From Bacteroidota bacterium (GTDB taxonomy: Bacteria > Bacteroidota > Ignavibacteria > UBA10030): 64,000 bases of DNA. The notes below the pieces were generated by a model. The model worked only from the letters and a program-made list of their open reading frames with translations, did no database searches and was not told where the DNA came from. The stretch covers positions 5,604-69,603 of the forward strand of contig JBEKAY010000014.1 in the NCBI GenBank assembly GCA_050015675.1, in the 5' to 3' direction. Numbering within the stretch: position 1 is the stretch's first letter; each line of letters begins with the position of its first letter. Of the stretch, positions 1 to 9,902 are shown piece after piece. The position numbers and the translations under genes are program-made.

Positions 1-153
1 TGGTTTGGGATTGAGCAAGCGAAGTGCGTATTTTCGATCGTACTCACAGACTCGACAAAATTCATTGAGAATCGTTGTCTTGACTGTTTTGGGTGATGCT
101 TGGTATCGTATTCGGATGCTATTAAGATATTCACGTTTCGAGGTTGTACTCAT
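1..153 (-). mobile_element. Partial IS transposase gene (N-terminal HTH part only, runs off the left edge)
   Basis: A reverse-strand ATG (153-151) opens MSTTSKREYLNSIRIRYQASPKTVKTTILNEFCRVCEYDRKYALRLLNPKP. From memory this matches the conserved N-terminus (K.EYL..IR.RY..A.K..K..IL.EFC...GY.RKYAIRLL) of integrase-core/DDE transposases. It is too short to appear in the ORF track. Confidence 0.45.
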
Positions 154-526
154 CGCTATATGTCCTTTCTCTATGGTGACATATATTATGAGGCAACGAC
201 TCTTTTTCAAATCGCTTTCGGTATCTTTTATTATGAGTCAATTCGGAATGAGCTCGCATAACAGAAATTAGTTGATAATATTATATGTATAGCCTATATT
301 ACAATTGTGCTGTCACTGAAGAACTAAAAAAGTATCCATCGATGAACCTTCTCCCCGACTGAGTTTTTTATCATGAGGAAATCGCAGAAAAGGCAACCGA
401 GGTAGTTATGAAGGCACAGTACGAGTATTTAGTAGGTAAAAGCAAAGTTTTAGTCATGATAAAAACGAACGATTACAATCTTGCTGTTAGTGTAATATCC
501 AAAAGTAATAAGGAAGTAGGGAAGCA

Positions 527-943
527 GTGAAATACTTTTATTACGTACTTTTTCTGATGGCGGTTTTTGTTTCAATCAATTACGCACAGGTGGCAGTGAT
601 CGTGAATAAATCAACCCCTGTATCGAAAATAACCGCAGCTTCCCTGTTACAAATTTATATTTTGAACAATACGAAGTGGCCTGATGGTACAAAAATTATT
701 ATCTATTATAATAAAGAACAGTCCATCTGTCAGAAATTGTGTGACTTCATTGGCGTGGATATTATTAGCCTTAGAAAGCGATGGATGCAATTGCAGTTAT
801 CCGGTGAAGGAAAAGCACCCGAAGTTGTCAATGATGACGCTAAAATGATAAAAAAGGTTAAGTCAACCTTAGGAGCAATTGGATATGTCAAGGCATCGTC
901 GATCAAGGGTAATGATTTGAAAGTGATTGCAACAATCGAATGA
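527..943 (+). CDS. Small secreted PBP-like (PstS/phosphate-binding-like) domain protein
   Basis: N-terminal signal-like hydrophobic segment. VAVIVNKSTPVSKITAASLLQIY...W.DG..I and the C-terminal GAIGYV pattern are typical of short PBP_like_2 proteins. GTG start preceded by a purine-rich stretch. Confidence 0.55.
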   Translation: MKYFYYVLFLMAVFVSINYAQVAVIVNKSTPVSKITAASLLQIYILNNTKWPDGTKIIIYYNKEQSICQKLCDFIGVDIISLRKRWMQLQLSGEGKAPEVVNDDAKMIKKVKSTLGAIGYVKASSIKGNDLKVIATIE

Positions 944-1186
944 TGTCCATAGTATTCGATTGGTTGAAATTGAAGCATGCAAGTTCGCGAAGTGCTTGCT
1001 CGTGTCTAATGACAATAAAATAATTGATATGTATTAGTGAAAGTATGGGAAAACAAATGAGAAATAGAATATTTCTTCTCTCTTTGTTTCGCTAAATCTC
1101 TGACTTTCACCTGCCTTATAAACCCAGAAAATAATTTCTGCTGCAACTGCCACTCATAGAAGGCGGGACCATAAAGTGAGCCAAAA

Positions 1187-3601
1187 CTATGGCTTGATAA
1201 TTATTGGCAAAGCAACACCCTTCTCATTCCACACGCCATCGTTATTGGATCCTTTGACCCGGAAAATATACTTCCCTGGATTTAAATTTGTATAGTTCAC
1301 AGTGTGTTTTGTGCCAACATAATACCAGTCTTTGTCAAATCCTTCCATTTTATATGCATACTGGTTTTTTGAAGATGCGATATAATTGAGAGCTGCAAAA
1401 TCAAATGAAAAGAAAGACTGTGTATGAGACAGAATCAAATCCTCGTCAACTCCGGTTTCTTTTCCCAATCCTCTTTCGCCGATGTTGACAGGTTTATTAA
1501 ATATTTGAAAATTAGTAATAACGATCGGTGGAATGTATGAGTTTTTCGGTACATTATCTGGATCAAATACGTTGAACCCGTTCGAACCTCCAAAATACAT
1601 CAATCCGTCGGTACCTTTACAACTTGACCGTTGGCGAAATCCGTTACCCTGCAAACCGTCTTCATGTGTATAATTCTTGAACTCCGGTTTTGCCGGAAGA
1701 TTTACTGCATTATTGAATTTTGATAGGCCTTTATCTGTGCCAATCCAAAGATTTCCATGATCATCTTCAAGAATGCTGTTAATAGAATTATCGGGCAGTC
1801 CATTTTCTGTTCGATAACATGTAAATCCTTTCGTAGATTTATTAAACAGATTAAGACCGGCATTTGTGCCCGCCCAAAAATTTCCTTTACTGTCTTCGAA
1901 AATTGATATTACCTTATTGCTGCTCAAACTTGTACTATCATTCGCAGAATGTGTAAAATTTTCGAATTTTTTTGTTACTATGTCGAAATGCTCGATTGAG
2001 GTCTCATCTGCCAGCCATATATTGCCATTTTTTGCTTCAATGATTGAAGAGACATAGTTTGTATTTATTCCTGAATTTGAAGTATTATACCTCGTAAATA
2101 TTTTCTTTTTCCTATCAAATATATTCAATCCACCACCCATGGTTCCGATCAATAAATTTCCTCTGCTATCTTCAATAATAGAAAATATATTGTTGTTGCC
2201 TATGCTATTGGTGTCTTTAGGATCATTATAATAATGTTCAAACGTCTCAGTTTTATAATTAAATTTATTAAGGCCGCCGCCCCATGTTCCCACCCATAGA
2301 TTTCCAAGTTTGTCTTTACAAATAGCCCACACTGCATTGGAACCAATACTTCTCTTATCTGAAGGATTATAAACAAAATGTGTAAATGTATCTTCTCTTT
2401 TATTATATCTGTTCAAGCCACCTTCAGTACCTATCCAGAGGAAGTCTTCTTCTTCCAGGAAAGTATTTACTTGGCTATTGTTCAATGATCTTTTACTACC
2501 GAGTTCACTCTTGAGATGAATAAATTTATCTTCTTGTAGATTAATTCTATTTATTCCATCACCATGGGTGCCAATCCAAATGTTGCCTTGTTCGTCCTGG
2601 CAAAGAGAATAAATAGAATTATTACTCAGGCTGGTTGTACGACTAGGATCGTTTTTAAAATGGATAAAGGTATTGACCCTGTTTTGGAAGTTAGTGAGAT
2701 CGATCATATCCAATCCGCCGTTTTCAGTACCTATCCATAGATTATGTTTATCATCCTCTAAAAGAGACAGAACTGCACCATTAGAAATACTGCTTTCATC
2801 TTTACTGTCGTTTTGATAATGTTCGAATATGCCTTTTTGTGGACGTTGCTGTGCGTTCGTAAATAAATCTAAACCAGCTTGAGTGCCTATCCATAGTTTA
2901 CCAGCTTTATCCTCCAATATTGACCAGATATTATTATTTCCTAAACTGCTTGAATCATTAGCATCATGATAATAATGAACAAAGGAATTCCTTTCTTTGT
3001 CATACAAGAGCAAACCATAATAGGTACCTATCCATACATTATTTCTACTGTCAACAAATATTGAACGAGCAGTTACTGATTTCTGCGGGAGATTATATGT
3101 ATAAACACTGTCATTTTCTAAATTATAGCGCCAGAAATTGGAAGTTGCACCTATCCAGAGATTTTTATCTTTATCTTCCGCGATTGACCATATAGATTCT
3201 TGTTGAACTTTGGAATATTTAATGAACCGGTCGTTTTTTCTATCATAAAGATTGAGACCTTCTCTCGTGCCAATCCATAATTCTCCCCTACTATCTTTTA
3301 ACATAGACGTAACACAAGAACTGCTGATTGAATTTGTATCTCGAAAGTTATTTTTATATTCACGGAAAGAATATCCATCAAAGCGATCTAAACCGGCATC
3401 CGTTCCAAACCAAATAAAACCGTATTTATCTTGAAGAATGGAATGCACCCAACTATGTGAAAGTCCGTCATCAACGGTGATATGCTTGAATCGAATGTTT
3501 TTTATTTGCGCATCTAACATTTGAGGATAGATGAGAAACCCTATCAGCATAAAAAACAGGAGTGCTACTAAGAAGAGTTTTTCAAAAAATGTGTCTTTCA
3601 T
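1187..3601 (-). CDS. Periplasmic sensor ectodomain of a hybrid two-component system (beta-propeller repeats plus Y_Y_Y domain), truncated before the TM/kinase part
   Basis: About 14 repeats of the ..G.LWIGT..GL..(Y/F)d.....F type, followed by a C-terminal Y_Y_Y-like YAYKMEGFDKDWYYVG...YTNLNPGKYIFRVKGSNNDGVWN. The ORF stops right where family members continue into a Trp-rich TM helix, HisKA, HATPase, REC and AraC domains. Confidence 0.75.
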   Translation of the reverse strand: MKDTFFEKLFLVALLFFMLIGFLIYPQMLDAQIKNIRFKHITVDDGLSHSWVHSILQDKYGFIWFGTDAGLDRFDGYSFREYKNNFRDTNSISSSCVTSMLKDSRGELWIGTREGLNLYDRKNDRFIKYSKVQQESIWSIAEDKDKNLWIGATSNFWRYNLENDSVYTYNLPQKSVTARSIFVDSRNNVWIGTYYGLLLYDKERNSFVHYYHDANDSSSLGNNNIWSILEDKAGKLWIGTQAGLDLFTNAQQRPQKGIFEHYQNDSKDESSISNGAVLSLLEDDKHNLWIGTENGGLDMIDLTNFQNRVNTFIHFKNDPSRTTSLSNNSIYSLCQDEQGNIWIGTHGDGINRINLQEDKFIHLKSELGSKRSLNNSQVNTFLEEEDFLWIGTEGGLNRYNKREDTFTHFVYNPSDKRSIGSNAVWAICKDKLGNLWVGTWGGGLNKFNYKTETFEHYYNDPKDTNSIGNNNIFSIIEDSRGNLLIGTMGGGLNIFDRKKKIFTRYNTSNSGINTNYVSSIIEAKNGNIWLADETSIEHFDIVTKKFENFTHSANDSTSLSSNKVISIFEDSKGNFWAGTNAGLNLFNKSTKGFTCYRTENGLPDNSINSILEDDHGNLWIGTDKGLSKFNNAVNLPAKPEFKNYTHEDGLQGNGFRQRSSCKGTDGLMYFGGSNGFNVFDPDNVPKNSYIPPIVITNFQIFNKPVNIGERGLGKETGVDEDLILSHTQSFFSFDFAALNYIASSKNQYAYKMEGFDKDWYYVGTKHTVNYTNLNPGKYIFRVKGSNNDGVWNEKGVALPIIIKP

Positions 3602-3842
3602 GGTCCATATTCTCCTATGTAAATATTCAGCAATGTCCTATTATAAGGCAAATAAATTTAAAGGATATTCAAAATATAACAATTTATCCGAAATCCCTCT
3701 TTATTGACTTTGGCAATTATACTAATTGTGCATAATATGCAAAAATTACCTCTATTTTCCAACGAGTTGTAATGGATATCGTAGTGCTCGACGGTGGGTT
3801 ATTCAGGGTAACGAATAGCAAGTTTCAACCAATCTGAAGAAG

Positions 3843-4160
3843 GAAACACGGCATGAGAGAGCTGTAAAGGAGAACGGCCATTACAAGAGGTTCGATCACC
3901 GCGACAATCCATTAACCGCAACTGCCATCGCTGCTGAAGCCGGCGTAGATGATTTTCTTGTGGAAGCAAAACCGGAAGATAAACTTAAGCTCAATCATGA
4001 TTACCAAAAAGGCGGAAGACTTGTCGCGATGACCGGTAACGGTACCAACGACGCTCCTGCTCTTTCGCAAGTAGATGTTGCTGCCACAATGAATACCGGC
4101 ACACAATCCGCACGCGAAGCGGTAAATATGATGGGCTTCGACAGCAATTCGACAAATTGA
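3843..4160 (+). pseudogene. kdpB: kdpB (K+-transporting P-type ATPase B chain) internal fragment
   Basis: The frame translates to ...[85 protein letters not shown]. This is collinear with Kdp[30 protein letters not shown]...[48 protein letters not shown]. It has no N-terminal ~500 aa and no C-terminal TM segments. The hinge Asp (TGDGTND) is Asn. The 5' boundary is approximate. Confidence 0.7.
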
Positions 4161-5130
4161 CTTTAAGGACATACAATCTACATCCATGGGAATTATATAG
4201 AAAGAAAGCCATGAAGACAGTTACAGTCCTTTTGGGCCTGAAGCTGCGGATATGGTAATTAAAAAACACTTACCCTACTCAATAATCAATTCGAAAATTA
4301 AATGAATAAAGGAGGAAATCTTGTGGAAACGGAATAAATTAAGTATCGATTTATGTTTCCGGTCGAAGTATCGATTGACTTTCCTTTTATTTATACATCC
4401 TAAATATATAATATAAATACGACTTGCTGCAAAATATCTATCAAATAGAGCTAAGGACGCATTCAAACTCATAATTTTAATGGAGGAAATGTATCTGCAT
4501 TCAAGAAATGGATATTATCAGGAATTATCTTGTTTAGCCTTTGTGCCTCCGGAGAGATACTGTCTCTACCGTGGTATTGCTTTTCTGGCGGTTTGCAAAG
4601 TAGATATCTTGATCACATAGGATGCAAATTGTTTGTAATCATTGGAGCTACAATCAAAGATGATGATACTATAAGCAGGAAACCTGAAATTAGCAGAAAA
4701 AGCATGCTTACTAAATGCTCCGGACATAAACATACTTATGCGGATTGTTCAGTATTGCATTTGTGAACGATTTCGCCAAATACTTTTTTATCGATATGTG
4801 AAACTATCTGTAAATACTGTTCGTAATATGATTTAAGTCACTCCGGTTTGTTGTTATTTTTTGTTGTCTTTTAACCACCTTTCAACAACAAAATACCTCT
4901 TTCCGGAGTTTTTATTTTGGACAAGTGTGATATTGGATATATGTTTAAAAACACCCAGCTGTTCGGATGATATGAAATTAGGAAATAATATTAGCGGTTC
5001 GCTAATTAGTTGTTACATTTAAAGAAATAAGTTTGAAAAAATATCTTCTGCTATAAAAGAATCCTAACCGACTTTCACCGACAGGGATCTTTCTTTGGAC
5101 TAAGTAGCACCTGTCCGCCATACATTTTGG

Positions 5131-5565
5131 CGGTGGGGTGGTCCCGCTTGAGCAACAGCGGGACATCGTCCAGATAAAAAAATCGGAATTCTGCTACAGT
5201 AGTAATCATCCTATTACTATTGAAAACAGAAAACTCCGGACTAGCCCGCCTACGATGACACTTCGGCGGGTAAACTGGGTGGTCCTTTTTTTGTAGCGGG
5301 GGTCCGCCATGCAGCGTCGGGAAGGATTCTTACTCATTATTTATTGTTCGAAACACCCGCTTTTTATTGGGAAGAGTCATCTTTTCAGTTTAATAACAAA
5401 TCATTCCTACCTATTCGTCTTCTAGAACTGCCAAGCAATGGTATCCAATCGGCTGATGCCAAGAAAATGCTATCGGGGATATCTCTCACCACTGAAATAA
5501 ATTTAGTTTGATAAAGGAGGACTGATTATGTTGCTCATTATCCTCCAACCAACAATCTTGTATCT
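5131..5565 (+). repeat. Copy A of a ~400-nt repeated unit (structured leader, RBS and first ~12 codons)
   Basis: Collinear blocks are shared with 11611-11996. These are the hairpin GTCCCGCT-N8-AGCGGGAC, TGTAGCGGGGG.., TTGGGAAGAGTC.TC.TTT.CA.TT, ACTGAAATA.ATTTAG and GGAGGAC.GATTATG.T.CTCA.TATCCT. In this copy only a 67-aa ORF (5528-5731) follows. Confidence 0.7.
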
Positions 5566-5735
5566 TGTCTTTAAATTTGTTACAGCAAAACAACAAAGGT
5601 TCAGAAAAATCAATGCTTGTAAACTCATAAATGAAACAATTATCCAATCAAAACTAATCTACGCCCAGGTTACGGCGTGTCGCTTAATTATTTTTTTCAA
5701 AACTATTGATATTAACTCATTTTTATATTAATTTG

Positions 5736-5750
5736 GTTAATATAATTAAC
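5736..5750. promoter_or_regulatory. Palindromic operator candidate GTTAAT-N3-ATTAAC
   Basis: Perfect 6-bp inverted arms located ~45 nt upstream of the membrane-protein/wHTH regulator gene pair. The same arms recur at 6698-6712. Confidence 0.35.
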
Positions 5751-5792
5751 TTATTTATATTAGTATCAATATTTATTTTTAAACATAAAACA

Positions 5793-6389
5793 ATGGACAA
5801 AACAATGGACAAAACAACTTTATCACCGGAAGAAAGTCTCTTGTTAATTACAAAGACAATTGAAGAGACTAAACAAAGATTTAAAGAAAATGGCCACATT
5901 TTTATTTTGTGGGGCAGTATAACGTTTTCAGTATTTTTTCTTCAGTATTTTTTTGTACTAACAGGATTATACAAGCTATTTGACATAATCTGGACTACTA
6001 TCTTATTTCCGCTTGGGGCGATCTATACATTTATATATGTTAGAAAAAATGTAAAAAAGAAAAATCTACCCACTACTATCATCGGTAGGATAGTAGGAAC
6101 AATGGGATGGACGATGTTTTTGAATATTATGATATTAAGTTATCTTTTTAGACAGCAACTTGGTGATGCCCTTGCTCCGATATTTATAATTATACTTGCT
6201 TTGTTTATAATTGTTATCGGAGCATCCATTAAATTTAAGCCGATATTAATTGGAGGTATTTTACTAAATTTAATCGGACTCGGTTCTTTCTTTCTTAGCC
6301 GGGATTATCATGGGCTTAGCATGATGTTAGGAGGGTTAGTAGGATTGATAATTCCGGGAATATTACTCAATAGGGCAGATAGGAAATAA
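5793..6389 (+). CDS. Multi-pass membrane protein (unknown function)
   Basis: Several hydrophobic helices. The start is placed at MDKTMDKT (a 12-nt tandem duplication) rather than the upstream ORF-track start. The stop abuts the start of the next gene (6389/6391). Confidence 0.55.
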   Translation: MDKTMDKTTLSPEESLLLITKTIEETKQRFKENGHIFILWGSITFSVFFLQYFFVLTGLYKLFDIIWTTILFPLGAIYTFIYVRKNVKKKNLPTTIIGRIVGTMGWTMFLNIMILSYLFRQQLGDALAPIFIIILALFIIVIGASIKFKPILIGGILLNLIGLGSFFLSRDYHGLSMMLGGLVGLIIPGILLNRADRK

Positions 6390-6390
6390 A

Positions 6391-6681
6391 ATGTTTAACG
6401 ATTTAGATCCCATATTACACTCGCAGCTTCGATTGTCAATAATATCTATTTTAATGACCGTTGATGAAGCCAATTTTACTTTTATTCAAGAAACCACCAA
6501 AGCTGCTGCAGGCAATATAAGTATCCAGATAAAAAAATTACAGGAGGCGGAATATGTTAAAGTTAAAAAAACTTTTAAAAATAATTATCCAAATACTTCT
6601 GTATCAATGACTAGTAAAGGAATAAAAGCATTTGAAGATTATGTAAATAACCTTAATAAATATATAAATCCCCAACAATAA
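6391..6681 (+). CDS. Winged-helix transcriptional regulator (HTH_34/MarR-like)
   Basis: LHSQLRLSIISILMTVDEANFTFIQETTKAAAGNISIQIKKLQEAEYVKVKK pattern, small size, and pairing with a membrane protein. Confidence 0.65.
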   Translation: MFNDLDPILHSQLRLSIISILMTVDEANFTFIQETTKAAAGNISIQIKKLQEAEYVKVKKTFKNNYPNTSVSMTSKGIKAFEDYVNNLNKYINPQQ

Positions 6682-6697
6682 TTTTTTTGCCAATATG

Positions 6698-6712
6698 GTT
6701 AATATTATTAAC
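6698..6712. promoter_or_regulatory. Second GTTAAT-N3-ATTAAC palindrome
   Basis: Identical arms to 5736-5750. It lies directly downstream of the wHTH regulator gene and ~20 nt upstream of the 6731 start. Confidence 0.35.
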
Positions 6713-6730
6713 TACTTAAAAGGACTAATT

Positions 6731-8170
6731 ATGAAAACAACAATATTAAGTATTATAATTTTCATCCTGATTTTTATCCTGACTTCTTGCAGTTTTGAAG
6801 CATCAGGGAAAATAGAAAGAATGAAATTTGCCGAATTAAGAGATTCTGTATTTTCAAGATTTATTAAAATAAAAGAGGATACAACAAACTTTGAGGATTG
6901 CATAAAAATAAAACCCTTTAATAAAGTTTTAATGGGTACTCTCATTAATATCAAGTTAGATAATTTGCCACAAAATAAAAATATTACATTACATGCCTAT
7001 CGTAAAAATTGGGAAGGCCTTATTTATTCATTTGCCTGCTTTAAGACTGATAGCAAAGGACAAATACAACTAAATAAAGATAAACCAATATCAGCAACTT
7101 ATTCAGGTGTCGATTCTTTAGGTATTTTTTGGTCTATGACAAAACCAACCTATATAAATGAAGAATTACCATTTGAAATAAAAAATCTGAAATTGAATAC
7201 GATATATTTTCAATTAGAAGTAGACGGAAAAATAATTTCAAAAGATGAACTTCGGCTAATTTTAGAAACACCTGATATTTATTGTGAGGAAATAAGAAAT
7301 AAAGATATGGTTGCAAATTACTATTATCCCAAAAACAAACAAAACTTACCACTTATTATTATGTTAGGCGGTTCGAATGGTGGAATTAGAGAAGTAGACG
7401 ATCGCGCTAAAATAGTTTCTTCGCATGGTTATGCGGTACTGGCCTTAGGTTATTTTGGCATGGAAAATCTTCCAAAGAATCTGGAAAGAATACCTCTTGA
7501 GTATTTTTTCAACTCAATTGATTGGGCCAAAGAAAAACAATTCATTGATACTGCCAAGATTGTAATTATAGGAGTTTCAAAAGGTGGAGAAGCAGCTTTA
7601 TTGGTGGCATCCATGCGTAGAGATATTAAAGGTGCAATAGCATTCGTACCAAGTAATGTAAGATGGCAGGGAATACCCGATGGACCTAGTTTTATTAGTA
7701 AATCATCATGGACATTAAATGGTAATGATCTTCCTTACCTTAAGTGTAGCTTTAGCTTTTCGTTTTTTTGGAAATTTATCTGCAAATCTAAACAGATAGA
7801 AATGCGTGAAATCTTTAAACCTATTATTACTGAGGATAAATCAAAAATTGATCCTGCACTTATTGAAGTTGAAAAAATAAACGGTCCCATTTTACTGATT
7901 GCAGGGAAAGATGATAAGTTATGGCCATCTTATGATATGTGCCAAATGATGAAATATCGATTAGATAGTTTAAAATTTGAGCATCAAATTGAGTGTTTAA
8001 ACTATGATAATGCCGGGCATTTTATTTTTGGACCAGATCTAATGCCAACTATAAATTATAAATATGATCAAATAGCAGTGGGAGGTAAGGATTCAGAGAA
8101 TTCTGCTGCACAAATTGATTCATGGAATAAAATGATTGGTTTTCTTCAAACATATTTTCCTGTAGAATAA
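6731..8170 (+). CDS. Lipoprotein of the acyl-CoA thioesterase/BAAT (dienelactone hydrolase-like) family
   Basis: Lipobox ILTSC. BAAT_N-like beta domain followed by an alpha/beta hydrolase with nucleophile elbow GVSKGGEAAL, an Asp in KDDKLWPS and a His in NAGHF. Confidence 0.7.
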   Translation: MKTTILSIIIFILIFILTSCSFEASGKIERMKFAELRDSVFSRFIKIKEDTTNFEDCIKIKPFNKVLMGTLINIKLDNLPQNKNITLHAYRKNWEGLIYSFACFKTDSKGQIQLNKDKPISATYSGVDSLGIFWSMTKPTYINEELPFEIKNLKLNTIYFQLEVDGKIISKDELRLILETPDIYCEEIRNKDMVANYYYPKNKQNLPLIIMLGGSNGGIREVDDRAKIVSSHGYAVLALGYFGMENLPKNLERIPLEYFFNSIDWAKEKQFIDTAKIVIIGVSKGGEAALLVASMRRDIKGAIAFVPSNVRWQGIPDGPSFISKSSWTLNGNDLPYLKCSFSFSFFWKFICKSKQIEMREIFKPIITEDKSKIDPALIEVEKINGPILLIAGKDDKLWPSYDMCQMMKYRLDSLKFEHQIECLNYDNAGHFIFGPDLMPTINYKYDQIAVGGKDSENSAAQIDSWNKMIGFLQTYFPVE

Positions 8171-8198
8171 TATTATAAACTACTTAAAAGGATTAATT

Positions 8199-9887
8199 AT
8201 GAAAACCACAATATTTATTTTAACGATTTCCATCCTGATGGAATTTGGTTTTGCTCAAAATAACCCGCAAAAGTTTGATGGGCAGATTATGAAAAACACA
8301 TTTAACAAAGACAGCATTTCGGTATTAGACTTCTATCGCCAGTATAGTTCATTTACCGATCCTGGAGAATATGTATATTTGTATAAGAATCTTCCTGATT
8401 CGTTGCCTGAACTTTGCAGTCTAATCAAATCTCAGTTTATTCATCCCATCGTAGAATTACCACAATATCGCGATCAAATTCCTAAAGAAAGATGGAATGA
8501 GACAGAAAAGTATACAACAGTTAAATCGGTTCTGCAGGGACTTCTATCCTATGACTCCAGGGGTTTTGTGAAAGACCGGAAACCTAAAGATCGATTAGTT
8601 TTAGGTTGCCGGGAAAATTCCCTCTTACTGGCATCTATACTTAAATATCGCGGCATTCCAGCCAGGGTCCGTTACGGAAACGCTGCGTATTTAATACCCG
8701 GATTTCATACGAATCACGTAATCTGTGAAGTATGGAATGAAAAATACAAGCGTTGGATGCTTGTGGATCCAAGTACAAATATGATTGATTTCAGCAGAGA
8801 AAAATTTGCTTTTGGCAACGATTCATGGTTGAAAATGGAAAAGGGGGAAATAGATCCAAATCTGTATGGGATACCAGGCAAATTTAGCAATAATAACGGA
8901 TTGGTTACAATAGCAACTATGGTTTGCGTGGATTTAGCCTCTGTATTAGGGAACGAATATACAATATATCAATATGCACCAATTGTTGATTATGCTTTCG
9001 ATAACAATAAAAAATTACCAGAAGATCAAATAGAAATCCTAAACAGGATCAGCAAATTAATGAAATCGTTCAACGCTGAAAATCTTTCGAAATTACAAGA
9101 GATTTATGACAATACACCTCAAATTCAAATTACAAAAAAATTTGTATTCGATGTCTCTTCATTGCTATCTCATAATTTTGATACAAAAACATCAGAGAAC
9201 GATCCGGAAGTTAAAAATACTTCAAAAAATAACCCGGATATTGAATTTGTGGATATACCGGCAGGAACATTCACAATGGGAAGTCCTTCTTCAGAGAAGG
9301 GAAGAAAAGATGACGAGATACAGCATCAAGTTACACTGAAAGCTTTTAAAATGAGCAAGTATACTGTAACCTTTGAGCAATACGATTTATTTTGTGAGGC
9401 AACAGGAAGGAAAAAACCTTTTGGATTTAAACGTGGAAACATGCCAGTATCACAAATAACATGGTACGATGCCGATGCATTTGCCAAATGGATGGGCTGC
9501 AGGCTGCCAACAGAAGCTGAGTGGGAATATGCTGCCCGTGCAAATACTACAACTCCTTTTTATACCGGCGATAGCCTTACATTAGGTCAGGCATATTTTA
9601 ATAATAAATCAGGAATGGAAGCCATGCCCGTTGGAAGTTTTCCGCCCAATGCATATGGTTTATACGATATGCACGGTAATATTGGAGAATTGTGCAGTGA
9701 TTGGTATAGCGAATACGATATAAAAGATACATCAAATCCCAAGGGACCGGAAACCGGCGGACAAAAAGTTCTCCGTGGTGGTGGGTTTTGGGTATCAGCA
9801 CAGGAATGTCGGTCAGCTAGCCGTGTCGGTGTTCCTCCAGGAAACAGGGGTGCAGGAATTAGTTTTAGGATAGTTAAAGATAAATAA
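8199..9887 (+). CDS. Secreted transglutaminase-like domain plus formylglycine-generating-enzyme (FGE/SUMF1) domain protein
   Basis: Signal peptide. GCRENSLLLASILKYRGIPARV...HVICEVW..RWMLVDP looks like a Cys-His-Asp transglutaminase core. C-terminal FGE motifs: TWYDADAFAKWMGCRLPTEAEWEYAAR, GLYDMHGNIGE and RGGGF. Confidence 0.7.
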   Translation: MKTTIFILTISILMEFGFAQNNPQKFDGQIMKNTFNKDSISVLDFYRQYSSFTDPGEYVYLYKNLPDSLPELCSLIKSQFIHPIVELPQYRDQIPKERWNETEKYTTVKSVLQGLLSYDSRGFVKDRKPKDRLVLGCRENSLLLASILKYRGIPARVRYGNAAYLIPGFHTNHVICEVWNEKYKRWMLVDPSTNMIDFSREKFAFGNDSWLKMEKGEIDPNLYGIPGKFSNNNGLVTIATMVCVDLASVLGNEYTIYQYAPIVDYAFDNNKKLPEDQIEILNRISKLMKSFNAENLSKLQEIYDNTPQIQITKKFVFDVSSLLSHNFDTKTSENDPEVKNTSKNNPDIEFVDIPAGTFTMGSPSSEKGRKDDEIQHQVTLKAFKMSKYTVTFEQYDLFCEATGRKKPFGFKRGNMPVSQITWYDADAFAKWMGCRLPTEAEWEYAARANTTTPFYTGDSLTLGQAYFNNKSGMEAMPVGSFPPNAYGLYDMHGNIGELCSDWYSEYDIKDTSNPKGPETGGQKVLRGGGFWVSAQECRSASRVGVPPGNRGAGISFRIVKDK

Positions 9888-9902
9888 TAAAAAAGAGATC
9901 TC

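Noticed and set aside
5-271. 88-aa + strand ORF at the left edge
   Set aside because: It is antisense to the much more convincing transposase N-terminus (complement 1-153), and its sequence has no recognisable features.
5528-5731. 67-aa ORF after repeat copy A
   Set aside because: It shares only its first ~12 codons with the nuclease gene and then diverges into low-complexity sequence. It is more likely a truncated duplication remnant than a gene, so it is not listed as a CDS.
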